Part shown: positions 27,101-40,351 of the stretch, one piece after another
Layout of the letters: each line of letters starts with the position of its first letter
Position numbering within the stretch: the stretch's first letter is position 1
NCBI RefSeq assembly: GCF_009914755.1
Contig: NC_060948.1
Direction: 5' to 3' (one strand)
DNA: 64,000 nucleotides
Origin: the human T2T-CHM13v2.0 reference genome, Homo sapiens
Translations under genes and position numbers: made by a program
Notes under the pieces: generated by a model
Database searches by the model: none
What the model was told of the DNA's origin: nothing
What the model saw: only the letters and a program-made list of their open reading frames with translations

Positions 27101-28575
27101 ATGCTCAACATTATTAGTTATCAAAAAAAAAATTAAAATAAAAATGAGATGACACTATGTACCCACTAGAAGAGCTAAAATTGTAAATACAGTACTGCAC
27201 CGTACGTTAACAAGGATATATAGGAACTGGGCCTTACAATAATGCTGGGGAGAACAGAAAATAATACAACTACTTTGAAAAATGGTTTACTGACTTCTTA
27301 GTTCAAATATACACTTACCAATGACCCAGAAATGTTATTCTTACATGCTTACCCAAGGTATATAGAACACATGTCCACAATGGACTTGTTCACAAATGGC
27401 AATAGTAGTTTTATTGATAATAAGTAAAAGCTAGAAACCACCTAAACATCCATCAATAAAAGAATACATAAACAAATTGTGAGGTGTCCACACAAAGGAA
27501 CACTACACAGTAATAAAAGTCAGCAAACCTCTCATATGCACAACAACATGTATGAAACTCAGGATCACTATGGACTAGTCACAAAAGAGAATATGCCATG
27601 AGATTTCATTTATATTAAACTCCAGGAAATATGACTGTAATCCAATGATAGAAAACAAATCAATGTTGCCTACGTCCTGGGAGAGGGAGCAAGGATATGC
27701 TGGGAAGGGTCATATGGGCAACTTTTGAGATGATTAAAAAATATATATTGATTACAGTCATACATTACAATGGTCATATACATATGTTAAAATCACCAAA
27801 CCATAAACTAAATATGTGCATTTTATAACATAAAATTATACTTTATTATAGTTTATTTTTATAAAATGAAAAAGTAAAGGCATTTTCAGATAGATGAAAT
27901 ATAAGACAATTTGTCTCCAGCTGATCTTCCCTACAGGAAATTCTAAGAGATTTGTCAGGCTAAAGCTACCAGATGGAAACATATGGAATTCCAGATCTTC
28001 AAGAAGAAATGTGGAAAGATTAACTATCTGGATAAATGCAAAATACTTTTCAAAAAGTACATGTTTATCTATGTATATCTGAATATCAGTAATATATTGC
28101 TATATACCAAACTCTTATACTAAAAAGGCAGCAGGAGAATATTTCTTTCTGCTCAGCTAAGATAGTCTTATATAGCATAATCACGGGAGTGACTGCCACA
28201 TCAGCTATGCTATATGCTATTGGCTAGAAGCAAGTAAGGTTTGACCACACTTCATGGGAAGGGATTATAAAAGGCATAAATCATTGGTGGGGAGAGTCAC
28301 CTTAGGAAGTTCTCACAAAAGGCTACCCTCTGATTCCCCAGTGATCTATGTCTCTTTTATATGCAATATATACTCATCCCACCCCAATACCACCCAAATC
28401 TCATATTCCATTACAGCATCAGCTCAAATTTCAAAATCTCGTCAACTATATATGGACCAGGTGCAAGTGACACTTATAGATTTAATCAATTTTTCTTGTG
28501 AGGCAAAATATTTCTTTGTATTGTGGATTTGTGAAAGTAAAGAGACAAGTTATCTGCATAGTACACAAAGTGTAC

Positions 28576-29008
28576 TATGATGGTTAATTTTAGGTACTGA
28601 CTTGACTGGGTCACGTGGTAATCAGGAATTTGGTTAAATATTATTTCTGGGTGTGTCTGTGAGGGTGTTTCTGGATGAGATTAACATTTGAATCAGTAGA
28701 CTGAGTAAAGCAGATTACCCTCCCGGTGTGAGTGAGCTCTATTCAATCCATTGAAGTCCTGGATAGAAAAAAATATGAGTAAAAAAGAATTCTTTCTCTC
28801 TGCCTGATTGACTTTAAACTGGGGCATTGGTCTTATCTTACCTTCAGACTCAAACTCAGACTGGAAGTTACACAATCTATTCTCCTGGTTCTCAGGCCTT
28901 TGGACTCAAACAACAACTCCATCAACTCTCCTGGGTCTCTAGTTTGCCAGCTGCATATCTTGAATTTCTCAGCCTCCATAATCACATGAGCCAACCCAGA
29001 CTAATACA
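28576..29008 (+). mobile_element. MLT2 (B/D-like) ERVL solo LTR with 3' internal deletion
   Basis: atggttaattt...ctgggtgtgtctgtgagggtgtttctggatgagattaacatttgaatcagtagactgagtaaagcaga...gactaataca. Confidence 0.88.
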
Positions 29009-29651
29009 ACACTCAACATACTATAGTAGGATAGATACAAGATAATAGCTATAGACATCTCAGTTTGAATGAGGGAGAAAATGAAAGGTGAAATTAAGTC
29101 ACTGGTTCATGGAAGTTATGAAATCTAGACAGGCAAACTCTAACCAAAGCTCCTTGATCGGGTTTCAATGATAAGGAATAATCTTTGGAACATTTAGCTG
29201 TGCCCTATGAGTTTTTTTGTTTCTGCCCTTCAAATCATTCTTCCTTTTTCACGGAAAGTAGCTTGTGTTTGCAGCTCAGTCTGCTTCCTGCCAGTAGAAT
29301 TTTGGAAATCCAAGAAACATGTTTTGTTTTCAGTTCTGTGTCTTTTTTTTAGTCCAAGCTGACAGCATTTCTGCTAAAATACATTTCTTAAGAAGCTAGT
29401 GAGCCTTCATGTATTTAATAGGGATTCATTTCATTAGACAAAAGACAGACCCACTGATCTTTTCAAGATAACTGCTTCTCTAATTCTTTCTGGCTCCTGC
29501 TAAGTTGGATGAGAGAAAATGCCCTTACAGTTCCAAGTAATTTTCTGATTTGGTTAAGAGATCAGTGAGGTAAAAAATCTTTTCAAATAAACTTTTGTGA
29601 GACTGATACTGTAATATTTTTATCTTTCTGAGGTTTCAGGAAAGGGTTGTA

Positions 29652-30175
29652 TGCCGAGACCAGCTCGGTAGTGGAGACCCTAACCCCCACGACCCTAACC
29701 CAGCAGCGCTAGAGGAATTAAAGACACACACACAGAAATATAGCATGTGGAGTGGGAAATCAGGGGTCTCACAACCTTCAGAGCTGAGAGCCTCTGACAG
29801 AGGTTTACCCACACATTTATTGACAGAAAGCCAGTGATAAACATTGTTTCTATAGATTATAGATTAACTAAAAGTATTCCTTACAAGGAAACAAAGGGAT
29901 GGGCCGAAATAAAGGGATGGGTCTGGCTAGATATTTGCAGCAGCAACATGTCTTAAGGGGCAGATTGCTCATGCTAGTGTTTGTGGTTTAAGAATGCCTT
30001 AAGCGGTTTTCGGCCCTGGGTGGGCCAGGTGTTCCTTGCCCACATTCCGGCAAACCCACAACCTTCAGCGTGGGCGTCAGGGCCATCACAAACATGTCAC
30101 AGTGCTGCAGAGATTTTGTTTATGGCCAGTTTTGGGGCCAGTTTATGACCAGATTTGGGGGGCCTGTTCCCAATA
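29652..30175 (-). mobile_element. MER9 (HERV-K9/HML-3) solo LTR
   Basis: tgccgagaccagctcgg...ggcctgttcccaa ends; perfect 6 bp TSD gttgta (29646-29651 / 30176-30181). Confidence 0.93.
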
Positions 30176-30709
30176 GTTGTAGAGTCACCCACAGCCTTTT
30201 CTCTAGAACACAATTTTCTAACAGTGAATCTCCTAATTCAGTTTCTTTGGGCAACTTGATAAGCTGAAAATTTCCAAAATTATCAAGTCTTGCTTGCTTT
30301 TCATATAACACTGCTTTCTTCAATTTAAATCTTTTCTCTCACATTTTACTAATAAGCGACAAAACTATGACATACATTGAACACTTTGTTTGCAGATCTC
30401 ATCTAAATATCTAAGGTGATCAGTTAAATTTTATTCCACATAACCGAAAGTCACATTTCTGCTAAGTTCACCAACACTATAAAACAATGGTCCTTCTTCC
30501 TCCAATTTCCATTAATATATCCTTCCCTACTTTTTGAGCTCTCACCCCTAGTGTCCTCCAAGTCCAAGTTTCTAACTATTAAGAGTGATTTAATTTTGCT
30601 GTGTCATGCCCTTAATAAATCTTCCAGATTCTGCCCATTGCTTTTCTCATAAGCAGCACTGCAATAAAGATAACAAAATTTGTATTAGCTATCTATTGCT
30701 ACTTAAATT

Positions 30710-31330
30710 CTGCATTATTCAGGTTACCAGAGAAGCTGAACTGGTAGATTATGTATGCATTTATATGTATTTCTTAAAAGGGATCTTATTCAATTGAGGG
30801 AATTGACTAAGCATGTCTGAAGTCCATTGAACAAGCAGTCAAGAAGGGAAGATCAAACTCAGGATGAAATTCCATAGGCATGGGTTGAAGTTTTTGGTCC
30901 ATAGATGGCAGTTGGAAAGAAAGTTCTAGAGTAAGGGAGAAATTCTAGACTCAGTGTCTAAAATCTCACTCATACAGGAGATCTATGAAAACCTTTAAAT
31001 ATTTTGGACTGATTAAGTAAATTCTACCCTGGATAATCTCTCTTCTGATGAATTTAAAGTCAGTAGATTAAAGTCAAAATATTAGGAATATTAATCACCC
31101 TACAATTGAAAAATTGTGATTGAAAAATCCATACCTAGCAACAGCTAGATTAATGTTTGATGGAAGAACTGAAGTTTTGTGTTTGCTAAGAAACGGCCAT
31201 TGCCTTCCCTTAGTTCTCCAAATCTCCTAAAGAAAAATCCCTTGTCATCTTCCTGAAACAAAATCAAACTAGAATGGAAATTATTGAAATTGTAGTTCAG
31301 CTTAGCCAAGCTGATACATCAAAAAGTCAG
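30710..31330 (-). mobile_element. old MLT2 (E/F-like) LTR
   Basis: caggttaccagagaagctgaac...ggataatctc...aaagtcagtagatt...ctagattaatgtttgat...tagccaagctgatacat. Confidence 0.55.
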
Positions 31331-31579
31331 AAAAGCTACGTTAACCCTTGGCCTCTGAAGACAAGCCATGTCTTTTTTGCTGCAATTTTTTGGTCAAGTA
31401 AGTGTCAGGACCAGACTATATTAAAATGGAGCTATACTAGGCTTTATATCATGATGAAAGTTGTGAAAATGTATCAGTAGCCATTTTTAATTTGCCATAT
31501 TCTGCTCTTTGATTATAAATTATTTATATCCCACCGCATCCAGTGTATACTCACCACTCCCAAACTCCCTTCCCTCAAA

Positions 31580-32400
31580 TACACACTGTATTATTCTATT
31601 TATGTAAAATATAAGAATAGGTGAGACTAATCTGTGATAATGCTTCTCAGGGAGAACTTGACTGGAAAGATGTGTAAAGAAACTTCCTGAGGTATGGGAA
31701 TGTTTTATAACTGACCTTGAGAGGGGGTTACACAAATATAAACAATTGTCAAAATTTATCTGAATAAACAAATAAACCTTTATAGATTTTATTTTAGGTA
31801 AATTTTATCTCAATAACATGCTTTTTAATATATCAAATTCTAAGGAACTAATGAAAGTTGGATTAAACACAGCTGAATAGAAATTTGTAAATCTAAAGAT
31901 AGATCTGAATAAATAGTCAGAATGTAGTACAGAAAGTCAAAGAATTGGAAAATATGAGAGGATAATACAAGCGGAAGATAGAATGAAAAGGTCTAAAATA
32001 TATCTAATCAGAGTCTCAAAATGAGAAAACTGAGAGGATGAATGAGAACCAATCTATAAAAATACTACGGTTGAGGATTTTTCAGAAATTATGAGAGAGA
32101 TGAAAAACTTAAATTTCAAAAGAACAAGGATTTTTGTCTATTAATTTATTACATTACTGTCAGTATGTAGAACCCTTCCAGGCATAAATTAGATATGTAA
32201 TAAATATTAATAAATATTTGCGGAATAAATGACTAAAGCCTCAGAAATAAGAGGAAATGTAAACACAAAAAAAATAAATTCACTTATAAGCTCATTGTAG
32301 TAAAGCTATTGAAGTTCTAAGATAAAGATAAGATTTTGAAAGTAGCTACAATAAAAAGATAAGTAAAATACAATTATACTCTATTCCTATAAAAATCTAC
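31580..32400 (+). mobile_element. L1ME 3' end and L1M/HAL1 ORF1-like fragments with an L2 tail at ~32125-32235
   Basis: acttcctgaggtatgggaatgtttt...; gaagatagaatgaaaaggtctaa...; aataaatatttgcggaataaatga. Confidence 0.55.
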
Positions 32401-32879
32401 AGAAAGATTTCAAAAATACTAAAATATAGCCTGCAGAATGTTCTTCTTTGGTTAACACTATCTAAGAGAAGGTATCTTGGTTTTATCAATATTAAATTTT
32501 TTTGAACACATATATATATATATACATGAGGTTGTTTTTAGAACTAAGAGAGACAATATTTAGCAACTGTTGCTAAAAACTATATTAATTGATTGGTAAA
32601 AGAGAAATAATACCTAAAGCATTTTACGTCTTAAGAAGAAAGATGTTTACACATAAATAGAGATTTCACTGTTTTAAATTTAGGTTTTGAGATTGATTTG
32701 TAACAAACTGTAAAATTTCTGATTTTAAAGAATGGTTTTCAATTAGCATTTTTACATAGAATATTTGATATGCAGGATCAAATTACTGACATTAAGAAAG
32801 AGATGCTTGTTTTTGCAAACCAAATCAATGACACATAGACAGGATAAAACAACAGACCAGCCTGAACACCACAGGAATA

Positions 32880-33560
32880 AATGTGATTAGAAAAATGTGC
32901 TAGATTTCATTATTAATCAGAGAAATGTATATTAAATCTAGGAAGTTATACCATTTTACATTCATTAATTTGGCAAACATTAAAGAAATGTTAGCAAGAA
33001 TGTGGATCAGTGGGAACTCCAATGTTATATCGTGCTCATAATAGTTTAAACAAGCAAATTTACTTTGGAAAACAATGGGTATTTTTTTTTAAGTTGAATA
33101 TTGATATTGTTTTTGATCCAGCAATTCTATTATAAGGTATTCATAACATAAAAGACTATACATTGGGTACAGTGTACCCTGTTCCAGTGATGGGTACATC
33201 AATATTTCAGAAGGCACCACTGAATAACTTGTCCATGAGACTCAACAACACCTGTTCCCCCAAAACCTATTTAAATAAAAATTAAAAAAGATTACACTGG
33301 GAGATGTTTCTTCAACATTTCTAGAATACAATGTATATGGCAACAATTTTGTAATAGCAAAAACATAGACTAATATAAATGTTGTAGTAGTATAATGGAT
33401 ATATATGCATTGGCATATTCACCCTACATAATATTATCCAACTGTGATACTTGAGGAACTACAACTATATTTTACAACTATGATAAATATTAAAGACATA
33501 ATTTTTGCTTCAAAAAGCAAAACACAGAAGACAACTTCTATCATGCAATGTTCATAACTC
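32880..33560 (+). mobile_element. L1ME fragment containing an L1PB 3' tip (33149-33290)
   Basis: tgatccagcaattcta; ataaaagactatacattgggtacagtgtac...cacctgttcccccaaaaccta. Confidence 0.65.
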
Positions 33561-33577
33561 AAAACAAGCATAATGAG

Positions 33578-36500
33578 CGATGTCAGCAAGATGGTGAATT
33601 AGGAAGAGCCAAGTGCTCACTACCCTGTGGAAACACCAAGTACACAACATATGGACCAAAGTAGCTTTATGACAACTCTGGAAATCAGTTAAGAAGCTGC
33701 AGCATCTAAGAGAACCCTCAGCCAAGAAAAAGCCACACTCAAAATGGTGATATGTTTTGTGGCATTTTTTCTTGCCCATGTCCCTACCCCCTCCCTGTTC
33801 TGTTGTGGCATAGCTGGGAGGAAGCCTCCTTAATTCCTAGTTTCTCAATACAGAAGAAAAACAGTAAAACTTGTTCACAATAACGTGGCTTGTCTTGGGC
33901 CTACCCAAGGTAATGGTTTCTGTCTTGTCTTAACTGGAGCGCTGATGGGGACAGTGGCATAGATGTAATATCAGATTGTAAGGTACTGAAAACAATAGTG
34001 GGCACAGTCGTGTGTGAAAACTACAGGAAAACTGCAGACTTGTGGATGCCTGAGGGCAAGAGATTACAAACAGAATAATAGAACATCTAAGGACCAGAGA
34101 AGAAACAGAAATGAGGCTTTTAAAGGAATGAAGATATTTAAAATCAGCCATGTACATGGGGAATTGGGTAATAGAGCACATGCACAGGCCCCATGAACAT
34201 GTATCCTCAGAAAAGGCCAGAGAAGATCTTGAGTTTTCATGCAAGAGTGGTTAGTGGTGTCTTCTCTATAGAGTTAATCTACAAGCACTGTAAGAAGTGA
34301 TTGTTTTTTCAAATCAAATTTTCAACAAAAGATCACAATGCATAAAAGACACAGGAAATGATGTCCCATTTCAAATAACAAACTAAATCTTCAGAAACCA
34401 TCCGTAAGTAAACAGTCTTAGAAGTTACTTGATAAAGTTTTTAAAACAAATGTCTTAAATATGCTCAAAAAGCTGAAGGAGAACACAGACAAAGCATTAA
34501 GGAACTTAGAAAAATAATACCTTAACATAATAAAAATATTAATAAAAATATATAAATTAATAAAAAGAATCAAATGAATATTCTGGAGCTGTAAAATTTA
34601 ATAACTGAATTGAAAAATACACTAGAGAAACTCAACAGCAGACCTGAACAGGTAAAAGAAATAACCAGCACACATGAAGACAGATCATTTAAAAGTATGG
34701 ATCTGAGGAGAAGAAAGAAAAAATAAGGAAGTAAACAGAGTAAGGGACTTATGGGACATCATCAAGTAGATTAATACATGCATTATCAAAGTCTCAGAAG
34801 AAGATACAAAGAAAGGGAAAGAGAGGTTATTTGATGGAATAATTACCACAATCTCCCAAATTTGGAAAAAGACATACAAATTCAAGAGGCTAAAAAACTC
34901 AAAACATGAAAAGTTCAAAGACACCCACACTAAGAGAGATAATAATAAAAGAGTTGAATGTCAAAGAAGAAGAGAGAATCTTTAAAGCAAATAGAGACAA
35001 GTTTTCCTCAGTAGGTTTATCAGTAGATTTGTCAGCAGAAATATTTTAGGCTAGGAGGAAATTGGATTATATTTTTAAAGTATTGATATTAAGAACAAAA
35101 AAAGTCAAAGGACAATTCTGTATCTCGAAAAACTGTCCATCATAATTCAGGGAGAAATTAAGACATTCCTAGATAAACAAAGAATAGCATTCATTCATTC
35201 ATTATCATTAGATCTACTCTACAATGAATGCTAAAGGGAATCCTTCAAGTTGGAATGAAAGGACACTAGAGGATAACTTGAAGCAATACAAAAATATAAA
35301 GTAACCCATTAAACATAAATAGATGAACAATATTAAAACCTATATTATTAAGATTTTGGTTTATAACTTCACTTTATTTAATAGAATTTAAAACACAAGC
35401 TAAGAAACATTTATGAATCTATGCTAATTGGTATACAATCTATAAAGATGTAATTTGTGACATCAATAACAAAAAGGAAAGTGGAGTGGTAAACAAGTAG
35501 AGATTCTGTATGAAATTAAAGTTAAGTTGTTATGTTTAAAATTGACTGTTATAACTTAAATATTTTATGTAATATCTATGTTAAAAACAAAGAATAGAAA
35601 ATTTTTACAAAGAAAATATACACAAAGGAAAATAAGAAGGGAATCAAAATGTGGCACTACAAAAATGAACTAAACATTCACAAAAACAGTAAGGGAGGAA
35701 GTGAAAGACAAAAAAACCATAAGACATACAGAAAACCATTACCAAATGGCATTAGTAAGTCTTTTTCTATTAGTAATTATTTTACATGTAAGTACTTTCC
35801 TATTAGTAATTACATTACATGTACATTAAACATGAATGTAAATTACTTTCAATGCCAATCAAAAGACAGATTGCCAGAATGGAAAATAAACAAAAACTCG
35901 GAATCCATTCCACTATGCTGTCTACAGGAGATTCACTTTAGGTCTAAGGACTTACCTCAGGGCAAGTGAAAAGATCGAAAAATGTATTCCAGACAAATGT
36001 ACTGTGGCTTATGCCTGTAATTCCAGCACTTTGCAAGGCCAAGGCAAGAGGATCACTTGAGGCCAGGCCAGGAGTTAGAGAGCAGCCTGAGCAACACAGT
36101 GAGACACTGTCTCTAAAAAACAAACAACAGCAACAAAAAGCCAGACATGGTGGAAAATGCCTATAATCCCAGCTACATATGAAGCTGAGATACGGAGAGT
36201 GCTTGAGCCTTGGAGTTCGAGGTTACAGTGAGTTACGATCATGGCACTACACTATAGCCTGGGTGACAGGGTGAGATCATGTTTCTGAAAAAGAAAAAAA
36301 AAACAGAGAGAAAAAAATATTCCATTGAATAAATAGTGGAGAAAGAAAACCCGGGTGGCTATAATAATAGCAGACAAAATAGGCTTTAAGTCACAAACTT
36401 TTATAAGAGACAAAGAAGAACATTAAATCATGATAAATGAATCATTCCACCTAGAAAATATAACAATTATCATATGCACCAAATATCATAACTCCAAAAT

Positions 36501-36663
36501 ATGTGACGCAAATATCGACAGAATCAAACAGAGAAATAGGAATAGGAGGAGACTTCAATACTTCACTTTCAATAATAGAAAATGAGACAGAAGATCAATA
36601 AGAAAAGGGAGGACTTAAATATCACCACAACAATTGGATGTAAAAGATATATATGGAAACCTC
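33578..36663 (+). mobile_element. L1M 5'UTR-ORF1-start of ORF2
   Basis: gatgtcagcaagatggtg 5' end; ORF1-like segments; CCLQEIHFRSKD endonuclease motif. Confidence 0.75.
35992..36308 (+). mobile_element. AluJ
   Basis: ggatcacttgaggccagg, gttcgaggttacagtgag; degenerate TSD ending tattcca. Confidence 0.85.
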
Positions 36664-36665
36664 TA

Positions 36666-37496
36666 GGTGGCTGGCCAAATAGTAACAGCTCTGGTCTGCA
36701 GCTCCCAGTAAGATCAATGCAGAAGGTGGGTAATTTCTGCATTTCCAACTGAGGTAGCAGGCTCATCTCATTGGGACTGGTTAGACAGTGGGTGCAGCCC
36801 ACAGAGGATGAGCTGAAGCAGGGTGGGGCGTTACCTCACCCAGGAAGTGCAAGGGGTCAGGGAACTCCCTCCTCTAACCAAGGAAGGCTGTGAGGGACTG
36901 TGCCGTGAGGAACAGCGCACTCCAGCCCAGATACTATGCTTTTCCCATGGTCTTCACAACCTGCAGACCAGGAGATTCCCTCTGGTGCTTATGCCACCAG
37001 GGCCCTGGGTTTCAAGCACAAAACTGGGCAGCCACTTGGGCAGAAACCAATCTAGCTGCAGGACTTGTTTTTTCCTTCATAGCGCAGTGGTGCCTGGAAC
37101 GCCAGCTAGACAGAACCATTTACTCCCCTGGAAAGGGGGCTGAAGCCAGGGAGCCAAGTGGTCTAGCTCAGCAGATCCCACCCCCGTGGAGCCCGGCAAG
37201 CTAAGATCCACTGGGTTGAAATTCTTGCTGCCTGCACAGCAGTCTGAAGTCCACTTGGGATGCTCGAGGTTAGTGGAGGGAGGGGCATATGACATTACTG
37301 AGGCTTGAGTAGGCTGTTTTCCCCTCACAGTGTAAACAAAGCCACTGGGAAGATCAAACTGGGTGGAGCCCACCACAGCTTGGCAAAGCCACTGTAGTCA
37401 GACTGCCTCTCTAGATTATTCCTCTCTGGGCAGGGCCTCTATGAAAGAAAGGCATCAGCCCCAGTCAGGGGCTTATAGATAAAACTCCCAACTCCC
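36666..37496 (+). mobile_element. L1PA7/8-type 5'UTR (internal promoter region) only
   Basis: cagctcccag...tttctgcatttccaactgaggt...ccccagtcaggggcttatagataaaactccc. Confidence 0.85.
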
Positions 37497-39068
37497 CAAT
37501 GTTATTCTTATCAAACTACCAATAACATTCTTTATAGAAGTAGTAAAAAAACTATTAAATCAACATTGAACCAAAAAGAGCTTGAACAGCCAAGACAATT
37601 TTAAGCAAAAAGAACAAAACAGGAAGCATCATGTTACCTGACTTCAAACTATGTGACAGGACTATGGTAAGCAAAAGAACATGGATACTCGTACAAAAAC
37701 AGACACATAGACCAACGGAACAGAATATAGAGCTTAGAAATAAGGCCGCATACCTACAACCATCTAATTGTCAATAAAATTGACTTTATAAAACAACAAT
37801 GGAGAAAAGATTCCCTATTCAATAAATAGTGCTGGGATAACTGGCTAACCATATGCAGAAGATTGAAACTGGACGCCTTCCTTATACCATACACAAAAAT
37901 CAACTAAAGATAGATTAAAGACCTACATGTTAAACCCAAAACTATAAATCCCTGGAAGACAACCTAGGCAACACCATTCAGGACATATAAACAAGCAAGG
38001 ATTTTATGACAAAGATGCCAAAAGTAATTGCAACAAAAGCAGAAATGACAAATAGGTTCTAATTAAACGAAAGAACTTCTGTACAGCAAAAACAAACAAA
38101 CAAACAAACAAAAACCAATGAGTAGAAGAAACAGATGACCAACAGAATGGGAGAAAATTTTTGCAATCTATACATCTGAAAAATGTCTAATATCCACCAT
38201 CTATAAGGAATTTAGACAAATTCACAAGAAAGAAACCAACAACCTCATTAAACAGTGGACAAAGGACTTGAACACTTTTTTAAAGAAGACATACATGTGG
38301 CCAAAGAAGCATATGAAAGAAACTCAATATCACTAATCATTAGAGAGTTGCAAATCAAAACCACAATGAGATACCATCTCACACCAGTCAGAATGGCTAT
38401 TACTAAAATATCAAAAAATAACAGATGCTTGTGAGGTTGCAGAGAAAAGGGAATGCTTATACACCATTGGTGGGAGTGTAAATTAGTTCAACCCTTGTGG
38501 AAGACAATGTGGTGATTCCTCAAGGACATAAAGACAGAAATACCATTTGACCCAGCCCATTACTGGATATATATCCAAAGGAATAGAAATTGTTCTGTCA
38601 TAGGGACACATGCACACATATGTTGATTGCAGCACTATTCACAAAAGCAAAGAAGTGGATTAAATCTAAATGCTAATCAATGGTAGACTGGATAAAGAAA
38701 ATGTAGTACTTATATACCCTGGAATATTATGCAGCCAAAAAAAAGAGTGAGTTCATGTCCCTTGCAGGAACATGGATGAAGCTGGAGGCCATTATCCTCA
38801 GAAAACTTACGCAGTAACAGAAAACCAAACACTACATGTTCTCCCTTGTAAGTGGAAGCTAAATGGTGAGAACACATGGACACAGAGAGAGGAACAACAG
38901 ACACTGGTGCATACCTGATCAGGGAGGATGGGAGAAGGCAGAGGATCAGATAAAATAACTACTTGGTACTAGTATTAATACCTGGATAACAAAGTAATCT
39001 GGACAACCAATATGAGTTTACCTATATAACAAACCTGTGCATGTACCACTGAACCTAAAATAAAAGTT
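37497..39068 (+). mobile_element. L1PA13-15-type 3' ORF2 and 3'UTR
   Basis: ggatcagataaaataactac...gagtttacctatataacaaacctg...tgaacctaaaataaaagtt. Confidence 0.85.
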
Positions 39069-39290
39069 TTTCTAAGAATGAATATTTTGTTCCTAATGTG
39101 GAACCCGTAACTATATAGTCTTAGGGACATCATATCACTTTTCCTGGCCTCATCTGTTAAACACCATTACACATCTATTCATATCAAACATTATAGAATG
39201 TTATGAATGTGAATTATTTCCCATTAGGTAAAGATTTTGGAGTTCTTATAAAGAAAGGGAGGAGATATATAAGAACAAAAACTACTTTTA

Positions 39291-39610
39291 TTGTATTTAT
39301 ACTTTTAATTTTGTTTCAAGACAGGGTCTTGCTCTGTTATCCACGCTGGAGTTCAGTGGTACATTAGTAGCTCACTGCAATGTCGAGCTCCTGGGCTCTC
39401 AGCAGTACTTCCACTACTTCCACCTCAGCTCCGCAAGTAGTTAGGACTACACTCATGCACCACCATGCGTGGCTATTCTTTTTTTACTTTTTGTAGATAT
39501 AGGGTCTTGCCTTTTGTAGAGGCTTGTCTTAAATGTGAGCCTCAAGCAAACCTCCCATCTTGGCCTCCCTAGTGCTGGGATTACAGAAGTGAGGCATCAT
39601 GTTTGGCCCC
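39291..39610 (-). mobile_element. AluJ
   Basis: gacagggtcttgctctg...; 20 bp TSD aagaacaaaaactactttta / aagaacaaggactactttta. Confidence 0.88.
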
Positions 39611-39901
39611 AAGAACAAGGACTACTTTTAAAATAACATGACAGAAAAAATAAAACAGCCTGACAAAGCTTTAGTTGAAAATCGAATTTTTATAAATTCT
39701 ATTCTTCTATTTTTCTGAACTTCTATAACATTTCTCATCATAATTTGTAATGGGAGGGAGCATTATTGAGAGAATGAAAAAACACCTGTGTGACTAGTGC
39801 TCAGAAAAAAAGAAAGTATGTGTAAAAGACCAGGCTGGAGAAATATAGAGGGACAAATCAAACAAGGGGTTGGGAGCCAGGCTAAAGATATTGTTCTTTA
39901 G

Positions 39902-40246
<345 letters not shown>

Positions 40247-40291
40247 TAATTGAGAAGTTTGAACCAGAAAAATAAAATGATCAGACTTGTA

Positions 40292-40351
40292 TTAGGTTGG
40301 TCACCATTACTTTTAATGGCAAAAACCGCGATCACTTTTACACCAACCTAG
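40292..40351. mobile_element. MADE1 (Hsmar1 MITE), left TIR partly deleted
   Basis: TA-ttaggttggt...ccattacttttaatggcaaaaaccgc...caccaacctag-TA. Confidence 0.88.

Larger units (their letters stand above)
28085..30680 (-). mobile_element. MLT1 LTR plus MaLR internal sequence, split by MLT2 and MER9
   Basis: cattacagcatcagctcaa...agagacaagttatctgc...aaagggttgta|gagtcaccc are MLT-int motifs. Confidence 0.55.

Noticed and set aside
36823-37376. Three ~100 aa ORFs, possible ORF0
   Set aside because: L1 5'UTR sequence with CpG decay; I cannot recognise an intact ORF0 peptide.
37490-37505. Spliced L1 (SpIRE) explanation for the 5'UTR-ORF2 junction
   Set aside because: Breakpoints do not appear to fall at GT/AG boundaries, and the halves look like different subfamilies.
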